Assembly (NCBI RefSeq): GCF_009914755.1
Contig: NC_060925.1
DNA: 64,000 bases
Origin: the human T2T-CHM13v2.0 reference genome, Homo sapiens
Reading direction: 5' to 3' (one strand)
Program-made: the position numbers and the translations under genes
Notes under the pieces: generated by a model
What the model was told of the DNA's origin: nothing
The model's database searches: none
Seen by the model: only the letters and a program-made list of their open reading frames with translations
Shown here: piece after piece, positions 1 through 14,132 of the stretch
Layout: the number at the start of each line of letters is the position of its first letter
Position numbering within the stretch: position 1 is the stretch's first letter

Positions 1-731
1 ATTGAGTGATGATAGTGCAGACTGAGTGATGATGGTGCACAGTGAGTGATGATAGCACAGAATGAGTGATGATGGTGCAGACTGAGTGATGATGGTGTAG
101 ACTGAGGAATGATTGCATAAACTGAGTGATGATGGTGTAGACTGAGTGATGATTGCATAGACTGAGTGATGCTTGTGCAGATTGAAAAATGATGATGTAG
201 ATTGAGTGACGATGGTGCAGACTGAGTGATGATGGTACAGACTGAGTGATGATGGTGTAGACTGAGTGATGATGATGCAGACTGATGATGATTGTGTAGA
301 CTGAGTGATGACAGTGCAGACTGAGTGATGATTGTGTAGACTGAGTGATGATGGTGTAGACTGAGTGAAGATTGTGTAGGCTGAGTGATGATAGCGCAGA
401 TTGAAAGATGATGATGTAGATTGAGTGATGATGGTGTAGACTGAGTGATGATGTGTAGACTGAGTGATGATGATGCAGACTGAGTGAAGATTGTGTAGAC
501 TGAGTGATGAGTGCATAGACTGAGTGATGATTGTGTAGACTGAGTGATGATTGCATAGACTGAGTGACGATGATACAGACTGAGTGATGATGGTGTATAG
601 ACTGAGTGAAGATTGTGTAGACTGAGTGATGAGTGCATAGACTGAGTGATGATTGTGTAGACTGAGTGAGGATGGTGCAGATTGAAAGATGATGATGTAG
701 ACTGAGTGACTATGGTGCAAACTGAGTGAGG
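1..731. repeat. 20-bp minisatellite (consensus ~ACTGAGTGATGATGGTGTAG), ~36 copies, truncated by window start
   Basis: Clear 20-nt periodicity read directly, with recurring variant units. Confidence 0.95.
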
Positions 732-789
732 ATGGCCATCATGGCAGATGAAGGACTGAGGGGAGAGAACATAGAGGTGCGCAGAAATC

Positions 790-1585
790 TGCATGAGATT
801 CCTGCAGCTGCAGAAGCAAATGACCTCATGCTGGGTGGCTTAAAACAGCACATTCATTCTCACCAATTATGGAGTCAAGAAGTAAAAAATCAGTTTCACT
901 GGGCCCAAATCAAGTTGTTGGTGGGGCCATACTCCCCACTGGAGGCTCTAGGTGAGAATTCATTCCTTACCTCTTCCAGCTTTCTGTGGCTGCTGCCATT
1001 GCTTGGCTTGTGGCCGCATCATTCTAATCTCTCTTCCATCTTCACATCATCTCGGTGTGAGTCAAATCTCTCTTTCTCTTTCTCTTTCTCTTTCTCTTTC
1101 TCTCTCTCCTTCTCTTGAGACAGGGTCTTGCTCTCTCACCCAGATTGGAGTGCAGTGGTGTGATCATGGCTTACTGCGGCAGCTTCGACCTCCCGGGTTC
1201 AAGTGACCCTCCCACCTCAGCCTCCTGAGTAGCTGGGACTACAAGCATGCACCCACCATGTCCAGCTAATCCTTTTTTTTTTAACAGAGATGGGGTTTCA
1301 CCATGTTGCCCGGGCTGGTCTTGAACTCCTGGGCTCAAGCATCCTCCCCACTCGGCCTCTCAAAGTGCTCAGATTACTTTGGGTGTGTGAGCCACCACAC
1401 CCAGCCTCCCTCTGCTTCTTTCTTATAAGGACATTTGTGATGGCATTTAGGACCCACCTGGATAATTCAGAATAATCTTCCTAAGTCAAGATCCTTAATA
1501 ACCTCTGCAAAGACCCTTTTTTCAAGTAAGGTCACACTTACAAATCCCAGAGATCTTTGGGGGGGGCATTTTTCAGCCTCTCACA
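790..1585 (-). mobile_element. MaLR LTR (MLT1-like) split by an Alu
   Basis: MLT1-type motifs (ggtggcttaaaaca, ggaggctctagg, gacccacctggataat) on both sides of the Alu. Confidence 0.7.
1066..1406 (-). mobile_element. Alu (AluJ-like) with (TCTCTT)n-derived tail
   Basis: Reverse-complement Alu consensus. Confidence 0.9.
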
Positions 1586-2894
1586 AAATCATCTGGCTAG
1601 TAGTATCCCTGCCAACCTACCCATCCACACACCCTCCCAAATTTGAGCAAGACTCTGCAAGGGAGCAGAACCCTTTATCTGCAGCTTCATCAAAGTTACA
1701 GAAAGGCAGATTTCAGGGCATTGCAGGAAGCTTTTTGAAAGGCACCTCAAAATGCAGTGAGCCACCTGCCCTCAGAGCTATGGCCGGATGTCTGTGATGG
1801 AGATTCCCACACTGGTCAAGAGGTGGATTTGATACAATGCTAAAGATTCCCTTGCAACATTTAAAGAAAGCCACTCTAATGCTTCCCTGTTTTCCAGAAG
1901 TCACCTTACTTGGACACCTTTGACAGAGAAACCAAGCAAACACCTGCTCTAGAGCTGAGCATTTACCATCTATCTATGGTCCTTAATTTGCATTCAAGGT
2001 CAGTACCTGACTCATTTACATTCTGCAAACAAATATGACTACTTGTCCTTCTCACAGCCAGCGCTGCTTGTGCTGATTTTATACGTGGTTTCATCTTATC
2101 TGTCCTGCCCTTGTATTCCCTTTGTCCTAATTCTAAACCCACAGTTCTTAAAATTGCATTTGGTGTTATATGAATTTTATAAAGCATCCTGGAATAATTT
2201 TAGGAACAAAGGGTACGTAAATAATATCAATCAATTTAATAAATGTATGATAAAACATAGCTCTGGTCTAGAACATGTCTCCTACCCTATGGGGCATTTT
2301 TGGACTCTTTCTCCAGCACCAAGTGGAGACAAGTTCAACTTCCAGGTCTTATGTTGGAGCTCCTTCCAATTTGAGCTTTCTGCACATGAAAATGAGTTGG
2401 TAAGGGTGGCTGAGCCTGTACAGGTTTCTGACCAATGAGACAGTCATTCAGGGTGTGTCTGATAGAAGCTTGTCAAGAGAAGTCACTTGATGATGGTGTA
2501 TGACTGGAGGGGTATTGAGCTGAACCTGCCTTTCCTCATGTTTCTGCCAGAAAAGGCAAACAGAGCAAGAACTTTGGGGATCAGTCCCAAAAAGGACCAG
2601 TACCCAGTTGAGAGGTTGCTGGTCATGACATGCTTGTAATCACAGTTAACTGTGAGTTGAGCCTGGTTAGTGAGCACCCACCCTCATTCTCCAGACCTCT
2701 CCATCTAGATTCCTGAAGCACGTATGCACAGGGACACACCAAACAAACAGGTAGGATTGCTAGCTTGCCCTGCAACCTCAGATCCCTGGGGCCTTCCTAC
2801 CATTGTGCTGGACTTAGGAATTTCTAACGAGCTTTCTTTCCACTTTAACACAATGTTCCATATACCATCTTTAAAAAAAAAAAAAATTATTTAG

Positions 2895-3187
2895 GCTGGG
2901 CGCAGTGGCTCACGCCTGTAATTCCAGCACTTTGGGGGCCAAGGCGGGTGGATCACTTCAGGTCAGGAGTTCAAGACCAAACTGGACAACAGGGTGAAAC
3001 CCCATCTCTACTAAAAATACAAAAAAACTTAGCCGGTCCTGGTGACACGTGCCTGTAATCCCAGCTACTCAGGAGGCTGATGCAGGAGGATCGCATGAAC
3101 CCGGGAGGCGGAGGTTGCAGTGAGCCAAGATCGCGCTGCTGCACTCCAGCCTGGGTGGCAGAGCAAGATTCCGTCTTAAAAAAAAAA
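2895..3187 (+). mobile_element. Alu (AluS-like)
   Basis: GGCTGGGCGCAGTGGCTCACGCC start, dimeric body, A tail. Confidence 0.95.
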
Positions 3188-3194
3188 TTTATGT

Positions 3195-3402
3195 ATTTGT
3201 TTTTTGAGTCAGCATCTTGCTCTGTCGCCCACGTTGGAGTGCAGTGGCACAATGTCGGCTCACTGCCACCTCCACCTTCCGGGGCTCAAGAGAACCTCCC
3301 ACCGCAGCCCCCTGAGTACTTGGGACTACAGGCATGCACCACCATCCCTGGCTAATTTTTGTGTATTTTGTAGAGAAGGGGTTTTACCACGTTGCCCAGG
3401 CT
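3195..3402 (-). mobile_element. 5'-truncated old Alu
   Basis: Reverse Alu right arm plus part of left arm; ATACCATCTT direct repeats at 2862 and 3406. Confidence 0.85.
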
Positions 3403-3860
3403 TAGATACCATCTTAAATGGTCTCCTCTTTCACCCTTTCTCCCTGAGCCCCACTCTGACATCTCATCATCCTAAGGGCAAGAAAAGAAATAAAATGAAA
3501 GATAAGGTGCTCTTTTTCCTTAACTAGAACAAAACTGATCAAAGTTGTTGAGTCCTAATTTCCCATCTCTTAGGCTGTGCCCTGGAGGAACTGGGGAGAG
3601 CTCTCTGGCTGTATGGTGACTGTTCCTTTTACCATGCCTATTTATAATGCAAGCGCCCCTCCCACCAAAATCTACTTTCCTGATATAATGGTTTCTGGGG
3701 CTCCATTCCTCACTAAGCTTATTAGAGCTTCTCTATCTTGGAGATAGAATGGGAAACATTAAGATGGGGCCATTGAGCTTCTCCCTGAAATTGAGGACAC
3801 AAAATTTTCCAGTTAGCATTTACCACTGTCCTCTCCTTGACTTGGGCATCTGCATCCTAG

Positions 3861-4316
<456 letters not shown>

Positions 4317-5088
4317 TAGGAAGCTGGGCTTTAGGAACTTGTCTTTACTTTACCAGTGGCCAGAGAAGTTGGGAGGGCTGAGGTACGGTGGAAAAGTAAT
4401 GCATTCCTATCACAATTGGCTAGAACAGAGGGATCAGCCAGGCTGTTTGGTGAAGCTGTTTCCAAGGCCCATACTAGGTGGCGGGAAGGCCCACACTCCT
4501 GTAGCTTTTTCACTCTCATGAAACCGTCATCCAGCAGGGGTCAGCTGTTCATCAGGTGCAACTTCCAGATGTTATCTTCCAGAGGTTATCATAACCTCTA
4601 TTACCTCCCAATAGAATAAATCTCTCTGAGCTGAAAATATACTCAATCATGAAGACAAGAAGACCGTACATGCTTGGAGGTTTAGATTTTTGAAGTTTTC
4701 TTTGGGCAGAAAGATGACATGAAATGGCCAACTCACCTACGGCGAAGTGACTTAAGATGCTGTAGAGCCTTCCCATCATCTACACACTTGGCATATATTC
4801 CTAACAACAGGATCTGAAAGAAACTAGGCCTGTCCACATGGAAGTCAGACCAAGATTTGATTTTTTTTAAATTACACAATAAATCATTAAATAGTAAAGC
4901 ACTGTCACATAAGATTAAAGGGTTATACTCGACAATCTCTCTAGATTATATTGCAGCACTTGCCTGTGCCTTAAATGCAGACGGAGCACAAACTGCATCT
5001 GAGAAGGAACTCCAGCTCTGCCTGTATTTAGCCATGACCTTCAGCAAATCATTTAACCTGTGTTTTCATGATAGAAATGAAAATGTCC

Positions 5089-5192
5089 ACTTGAACCCAG
5101 GAGGCAGAGGCTGCAGTGAGCCAAGATCGCGCCACTGCACTCCAGCCTGGTAACAGAGACTCTGTCTAAAAAAAAAAAAAAAAAAAAAAAAA
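5089..5192 (+). mobile_element. 5'-truncated Alu within MIR-like sequence
   Basis: Alu 3' end plus A tail; TSD AATGAAAATGT at 5076 and 5196. Confidence 0.9.
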
Positions 5193-6581
5193 GGCAATGA
5201 AAATGTTTTATGAAATACAACACTAGACATAAAAGTCTGGGTGGGAGTTTGATTATGCCACTCTGTCAGGCTTCTCACTCTTCCTTGTAAAGAACTTATG
5301 CATCCTTCAAAGCTGACTCAGATGTTATTATGGTAATACTTAACCATATGGGTTGGGCTGTTTGTGTAACTGCCACATCTGCCCAAGGCTCTTCATGTTA
5401 TTCTTGGTGCCTGGACCAATGTGACCCGGAGAAGTGCTAAATTAAATATTAGTTGAAAAAGTTATATCAGCCTAGGTTGGGACAAATGAAAGCGACAAGT
5501 CGATTAGTTGAATACGAATTCTACTAGGGACACAGAGGAACTGCACCTTATCTGTGGATTGCAAGGCTTGAATTATTAACAATTCTGGGTTCACTGCACA
5601 TATGCTGTGGAAAGCTATCGACTCTGCTTTGACTACTATGTGCTTTGCCTTACAGAATAAATCATGGTTCTTTCAGCTTTCATCAGTTAATGCGGGATTG
5701 CCTTACCATCTCTCTGTTGGGCACTGAGTATAACCTCAAGAATAGCAGAGAAAGTCCCACTCTGAGGTGGCAATAATATGATTTATACCAGGTGGCAATA
5801 AAGGACACCTTTTATAAAGAAATTATATTACAAAACATTTTATAGTTTTGCAAATATTAAATTCCTTGCCAAGCTGTATTCACATTATACTTGGAGTAAC
5901 AGTTTCGGGTTATTTACATGTTTTAAGTGGAGTACCAAGAAATGTGGTGGTTATTGTATACACGTGCATCTTCATCATAGGAACGAGGAATGTGCTGGCC
6001 CTTCCCAGCAGCAAGGGAGAGGCCCCTGGCCTGCCTCGACTCATTCCACTTCTAACTCTGACAGACTATCCAGCAATAGTGAGATGAAAGCCCCAAAACT
6101 CAAAAGCACAATGAATCACTGCAGTTCCAGAACAGCCTAGAGGCAGCAACCCAGGGAAGGGAGCCATTCTGAACCATGAGTTCCCCCAAGCCTGAACTTG
6201 TCCTTCGAGCTTCACTCCCTTGCTATTGTTGACCCATTCTGAAAGGACTGGGGTCTCCTAATCATGCCCTGGGGCCCACTCTTCCGCAGTGCTGAAGGAG
6301 ATCCTGGTAGCCCTCTATGGAGAGGTGGTCTCCAAGTGCTAGGCACTGGGCCGACAGAAAGCTGCTTCCCAAGCTTTGTGAAAGGAATCATCAGAGGCAT
6401 CTTAAGAGGCAGGGGCTGATTCAGCAAGGCTGGGGTGCTTTGAGATTGTCCATGTCTGATCTACGCACCACGCTTTGAACACTATGTAGCTGAAGGACTG
6501 TATCTCAACATTTCTACACATTAGAATCACCTGGGAGGCTTCCTCGATCCATAGAGGCGCCCACGCCTCACTCCTACTTAA

Positions 6582-6926
<345 letters not shown>

Positions 6927-7362
6927 CTAGGCATCAGTATTTTTCTAAACATTCCCCAGGTGATTCTTAAAGTGGCCAGGTTCAAGAACAGCTGATCTAA
7001 AGGTTCAACTCACTGTAAGCATGGAACAGCCTCAAAGGAACTTCCTGCAAGTGATCCAGACTTAACTCTGTTGGTCTTAACTGCTTTTAATTTTCTTGTC
7101 CCCACTGACCAGTTATGTGCTGAAGGCAATTAATTGCCACCTCTCATTTTAACTCCTTTCAACAGAGGAAATAAGCAGGCGTATTCCTCCTTCTCTGTAT
7201 CTCACCCCAGTTCCTGACCCAGGGTGTACTTGACAGGTTAACACTTGGCGATGCATGACATTGAGGTGCCTTCCTCTCCCTAACCTGAAGGACGCTCTAG
7301 TGAGCAATTATCACACCAAAAGAAAGATGAAGGAGTCTGCAGCATTCAAAGACAGAAGAGCA

Positions 7363-7654
7363 GCCAGGCATGGTGGCTCACACTTGTAATCCCAGCACTT
7401 TGGGAGGCCGAGGCGGGTGGATCACGAGGTCAGGAGTTCAAGACCAGCTAGGACAACACAGTGAAACCCCATCTCCATTAAAAATACAAAAATCAGCTGG
7501 GCGTGGTGGCAGGCGCCTGTAATCCCAGCTACTCGGAAGGCTGAGGTGGGAGAATTGCTTAAACCCAGAGAGGCAGAGGTTGCAGGGAGCCAAGATCGTG
7601 CCACTGCACTCCAGCCTAGGCAGCAGAGCTAGACTCCGTCTCAAAGAAAAAAAA
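7363..7654 (+). mobile_element. Alu (AluS-like)
   Basis: Alu consensus with A tail. Confidence 0.95.
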
Positions 7655-8723
7655 GAGCACTGAGAACCAGCTGTAAATGGTGATCTACTCTTGCTAAAAC
7701 GATTCCTTAAGCTCAACAGAGTCAATCTTGTTTCAAATGCATTTAGTGGCAGAAAAACAAACTAATTTTCTTTCATTATTTGACTGGACTCAATGCATTC
7801 AAGTCATGAAAGTTGATGATTCCAAATTCAGAATAAAATAACACATGACACAGATAGTTTAGCATTTTATCCTCATTTTTAACCTACAAAGTGTAATGTT
7901 CTCATAAAGTATTTTAATAAATATATTAAGGCTTAAGGTAATTACTGGTTTGAGTGGCGGGTGGTTTGCTTTCTAGCACACTAGTTTACATTCGGAATCT
8001 TAAAAATGAAAACATTTGCCATCTTACAGTGAGTGATACATCACATTGGCTTGCCCCAGTTTTTGTGTTCTTTTTTTTTTTTTTCACTATTCAACATGTC
8101 TTCGTATTATCTTCCTTCCTCTCGTATCTGATAGACAAAGAATGATATAAAATTTTGGTTGAAAAAAGCCAGTTGATTGGGATGACTAGAAATGTTAACT
8201 TTTTCAGTAAAAAGCTTTCACCGAATCACTGGGCAGTTAGTAATGCAGCTTACAAATAAATAAAGCTGAGGCGAGAGGTTTAAACAGCAAGAAAAGCTGC
8301 AGAGCATATTGAGGAAGGGAAGCAGTGAAATGGTGGTTTTAATACATCCCAAACTGGAAGCAAGAACCCTAACACAAAGAGGATTGGAATACTCTACCAT
8401 CTGTAAGGAAGTAGCTAGCTACAAGCCACCTCACACAAAACACCCACTAAGGCCTTTCACCGAGATCCTCTTGTTATATTCTCATTATGAATCCCCAGCA
8501 GGTGCACCTCAATAAATAGGTGTGGAGGATACTGCTGAGGACCTCTAGGTCACCTAAGCAGAAACTGCTGCCATCAAAGCAGACTGCCACCATGCATCCG
8601 CGGAGAACTCCCTGCCTACAAATGAAACTGGTAGCGCTCATCCCCTGTGCCCGAGGACCGTCCACAACGGAGGTGCTTTCTTGCAAGAGAAGCAGCAAAT
8701 GATGACAGCGTGTCCAGTAGGAA

Positions 8724-9058
<335 letters not shown>

Positions 9059-10268
9059 TCAGCACTTGAGTTTAATTTCAGTGGAACACTCAGCCGGCGA
9101 TCGGCGCCTGCCAGCACATTCCTTCCACACGGCGCATGATTCAGAGCATCACTCGGATGCTTTGGATTTCCAGTTTTGGGAACACCTTAATTGTGTTATG
9201 CCCATACCTCAGACGTTACTCAATGAGTCCAGTGAGGATCGCATCTGTGGGGCAACCAGGGCAGCCTGCAGAATTTACCCTGGCGCTCCTGAGTGTGCCT
9301 GATGAAGCAACAGCACTGCATATTCTAGTGGCCCCACCTGCTTTCACTTTGGACGCCAAGAAACGAGTGTGTCACTTCCTCTCCCAATCAGACTCGGAGA
9401 AGACCCACATTGGCCTTCCCTGCTACTGCGTTAGGATCTGACTGATGCAGTCATTCTCAACTCCCAGGGGCAACAGAATGCCCTTTGCCAGTGACAGCAG
9501 CTGGCCAACGTGACATCCCCCTGGAGCACCCACCTCTGTGCAGTTCAGTGGTCAGAGGTTACACTGCCTCCCTCTCCTCCAGGCAGGGTCAGTCTTATCC
9601 CAGATGGTTCTGGGATCCCTCCCCAGAGTAACTGACTGAATATGAGGAAGCCCTGGAAGATGAAGGGCTCTACAGTTCCTCCTGAAAACTAGCCCCACAA
9701 AAACAAGCAGCAAAAGAACACAGAACATTTATAAAAGTCATATACTTGTTTATCTTCCAGTTCCTCCCTCCCCCACCACCCATCCCAGAGAAAAGAGCAC
9801 GGTCACAGTCAGAACAGGAAATGCATCGTTTACACCAATACCAAAGAGAGAACAGTTAAGCCTCTTGGAAATGCAGCATAGACCAGCATCGGCGCCTCTT
9901 AACCTTTAAAGTGCATGAGAACCACCCGGGGATCTTGTTCAACAAGCAGACTCTGATTCAGTGGGTCTGGGGCCACTGGATGGCTATGCTTCCACCAAGC
10001 CCCTACGGTGATTCCGTGCTATGCTGCTGTTCCACAGACCCTGCTCTGAATGGCAACGGGAAGAAACTCAAGAAGACACCAGGGGACCTGCCTTCGGCTT
10101 CTTGGCCCCTGAGCAAGGTATTTATCACCTTCATCTCCGTGCCTTGGTTGATGGCAAAATGGAACAATAATTTCTCTTATGGAGCTATTAGGGCAATTCA
10201 ATATCAATCCACTCAATAAACAGGATTCTAATGCCTCCCGGGCTAAAGCACTAAAGATGCATGGGTAC

Positions 10269-13112
10269 AGCTCTCCTGGGCGGCTGGAGAAGGAGCTTCT
10301 TCTCTGAGTGCGCCGGTGGCGGCGCCTGCAGACCTAACTAGCTCCAGGACTTTAAAATACTGGAAATCTGTCCCGATCCAAATTCTTTTGCAAGCCAGAT
10401 GATTAACCAGAGGGCACGAAAGGTTGAGAACATTCGACTTCCCTGCAAACCTTGGTATAGATCACTTCCTTTTCTGTTAGGAAACGAAAGGCACCAAAGA
10501 GCACAATGAGTACAAGAAAGCGTCGAGGTGGAGCAATAAATTCTAGACAAGCCCAGAAGCGAACACGGGAAGCAACCTCCACCCCTGAGATTTCCTTGGA
10601 AGCAGAACCCATAGAACTCGTGGAAACTGCTGGAGATGAAATTGTTGACCTCACTTGTGAATCTTTAGAGCCTGTGGTGGTTGATCTGACTCACAATGAC
10701 TCTGTTGTGATTGTTGACAAAAGAAGAAGACCAAGGAGGAATGCTAGGAGGCTGCCCCAGGACCATGCTGACAGCTGCATGGTGAGCAGTGACGATGAGT
10801 TGTTGTCCAGGGACAGAGACGTGTATGTGACTACCCACACTTCCAGAAACACCAGGGATGAGGGCGCTACAGGCCTCCGGCCCTCGGGTACTGTCGGTTG
10901 TCCTATCTGCATGGACAGATATTCAGAGATCGTGCAGAATAGACGTCTCATCGTTTCCACAGAATGTGGCCATGTCTTCTGTAGCCAGTGCCTCCGTGAT
11001 TCCCTGAAGAACGCTAATACTTGCCCAACTTGTAGGAAAAAGATCAACCACAAACAGTACCACTCCATTCATATATGAAGTATTCAGAGACGCCCAGGAG
11101 AGACGGATGGACAATCAGGTTCTCCAGTGGTATCTGCCTCCATTTTCCTGAGCTCAAAAAGACTGTTTTGAAACCCACGTCTGATATGTAAACTGCTCTT
11201 TTGTTTCCAACCCCTTCCTTTTGTTATCTCCAGTTTGATGCTATGGCGCTGGACCCAGGGCCCTCCCAGGCCATCTCTGTTCCTCTGGGGTGGTCCAGTT
11301 CTAGAGTGAGAGAAAGGGAGTCAGGCACACTGGGAATCGTGGTTCCAGTCTGGTTGCAGAACCTGCACATTTGCCAAGAAATTTTCCGTTTGGAAAGTTT
11401 GCCCCAGCTTTCCCGGGCACACCACCTTTTGTCCCAAGTGTCTGCCGGTCGACCAATCTGCCTGCCACACATTGACCAAGCCAGACCCGGTTCACCCAGC
11501 TCGAGGATCCCAGGTGCAAGAGTGGCCCCTTGAGGCCCTGAAAAGACCAATCACTGGACTTCTTCCCTTGAGAGTCAGAGGTCACCCGTGATTCTGCCTG
11601 CACCTTATCATTGATCTGCAGTGATTTCTGCAAATCAAGAGAAGCTCTGCAGGGCAATCCCGTTTCCTAAGAATGAAAAAGTGCAATAAAGGCCATTCGT
11701 TACCTACTTTTCAGCAGCCCACCAGATGTAGCACTATTAGTGTCCCCCTCAGAGGCTTAATGTTGCCTGTGGAGCAGTGCCCATCCCAGCCCGTTTCTGC
11801 CCACCAGTTGTTCTCAGGAACCTTACCCACCATGCTCCAGCGTCCTTCACCTGGCACAGGACATGCAAGATAAATAGGACAGGCACATGTTTGGGTGTCC
11901 TCTCTTTTCTGATAAAATCCATCCGGTGTTTGCCACACGCCCTCCAGTCCTCAGTTCCCACTGCCTAACATCTGCCCCCCGTGTAGATACTGAGAGGTGG
12001 TGGCAGTAATTGTGGCCTTATCAGCCGCTCAGTTCCAGCCTTTTGCCCAGGTCACTGTTGCCCCATGTTCGGAGAACCTGGCCCACCTGACTTGGCTTTC
12101 TCATCCTTCCCAACCCCGTGCCGTTTATTTCAGAAGCCCACTGGGCTTGGATGCTTTGGGCCTTTGACTGCTCCATAGGTTATGACTGGTGAAACAGGGG
12201 CCCAGAGGACAACCTCTCCTTCACTCCACAGGTATGTGGGAGCCTCAGGTTCGCTCAGGGGCAGCAAAGTGGCCCAAGCTGCCCCTGACAGCACAGGGCC
12301 TGGCGGTGGCTAACGAGAGAGGCCTTACAGTGCCGGCATGCCTCCTCTTCCGCTGCCCTCCTTCCTCAGAGGGCTTCAAGCAAAACAAACAGCCTTTTCG
12401 TGTGAAACATCTTCAGGGTGGGAAAGGGGCCACTTCTGGCTTTGTTAGCAATAACTGACCTTCAGTTTACCCTTCTGAAGGAGAAGGGACTCAGCACAGA
12501 ATTCACTTTAGACGGGGCTGAAGGAGTGTCCCTCCTCTATGTGAAAAGAAAATTGTTTTATTCTTCATTCTGACTTTTTAACTGTTTGGCTCACTTCCAG
12601 TTAGTTTGAATGAAAATAATAATTTTCTACTTGGAGTTGAAGAGGGCAGAATCCTCAGCTCCCATCATTGTGATGTGTAGCGTGTCTGCCCCCTGACTGG
12701 ACATCATTGCCATTAACTTTCTTCTGGGCATCACGGGAATGTCACAATGCCCAGACTTGGAGCAAGGCAACCTTGGAGTCAGTCCACTAATAAAATATGG
12801 TAACACCCATTTTAAAATTTCTTTAAGTTTTATCCTTGAAGACAACTTCAGTGGTTAATTATAAAAGTTGTGTACTTCGTCCTAAATTAAATTGATGAAA
12901 AGATTTAAAAATGTGTTTTGTTTCTACTATTCAGAAACTGCAAACTAGGGAAAGGTTGGTATGAAAAAATGTCTTTCCTTTTTTCAATGTACATAGTTCA
13001 ACTCTTTCTTTGTTACATTTAAACTATATCCATGGATATCAGTCTGCTTTGGACTCCTCTGCTAGTGTTAAAGATGGAAATAAAACCATTAATTTGAACC
13101 AAAAAAAAAAAA
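10269..13112 (+). pseudogene. RNF4: Full-length processed retrocopy of RNF4 mRNA (5'UTR, CDS, ~2-kb 3'UTR, poly(A))
   Basis: Intronless; AATAAA at 13079-13084; A tract 13101-13112; 16-bp TSD AAAGATGCATGGGTAC at 10253-10268 and 13110-13125. Confidence 0.97.
10506..11078 (+). CDS. Intact 190-aa RNF4-like ORF (4 SIMs + C3HC4 RING); expression unknown
   Basis: SIMs IELV, IVDL, VVDL, VVIV; Arg-rich motif; RING CPIC..CGH..C..C..CPTC; same length as RNF4 with no stop or frameshift. Confidence 0.6.
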   Translation: MSTRKRRGGAINSRQAQKRTREATSTPEISLEAEPIELVETAGDEIVDLTCESLEPVVVDLTHNDSVVIVDKRRRPRRNARRLPQDHADSCMVSSDDELLSRDRDVYVTTHTSRNTRDEGATGLRPSGTVGCPICMDRYSEIVQNRRLIVSTECGHVFCSQCLRDSLKNANTCPTCRKKINHKQYHSIHI

Positions 13113-13375
13113 GATGCATGGGTACGCGCATGTAGAAAAGCACACAGAAAGTGTCAGAGGATTTACAGATTTTATAATTACCGAAATGACTCGTTTACCT
13201 AGCAATAAGATTTTCCACATAAGATAGTATGGCTTTCACAAAAGGAAGCTGAGGCCTGGTAAAAAGTGATCATCTTGTAAATAGATTGGGTGTTAAATTC
13301 CAGGTTTACTCTTCATACCCTCCAACTTTTCTAAATTGCCAAGTGAACACTGGCTGTCTCTCTACTATGGCCTGA

Positions 13376-14132
<757 letters not shown>

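Noticed and set aside
1-731. CRISPR-like periodic array
   Set aside because: Contiguous tandem units without unique spacers in primate DNA; no cas genes.
10691-11657. Alternative-frame and antisense ORFs over the RNF4 retrocopy
   Set aside because: Shadows of the CDS and 3'UTR with no independent support.
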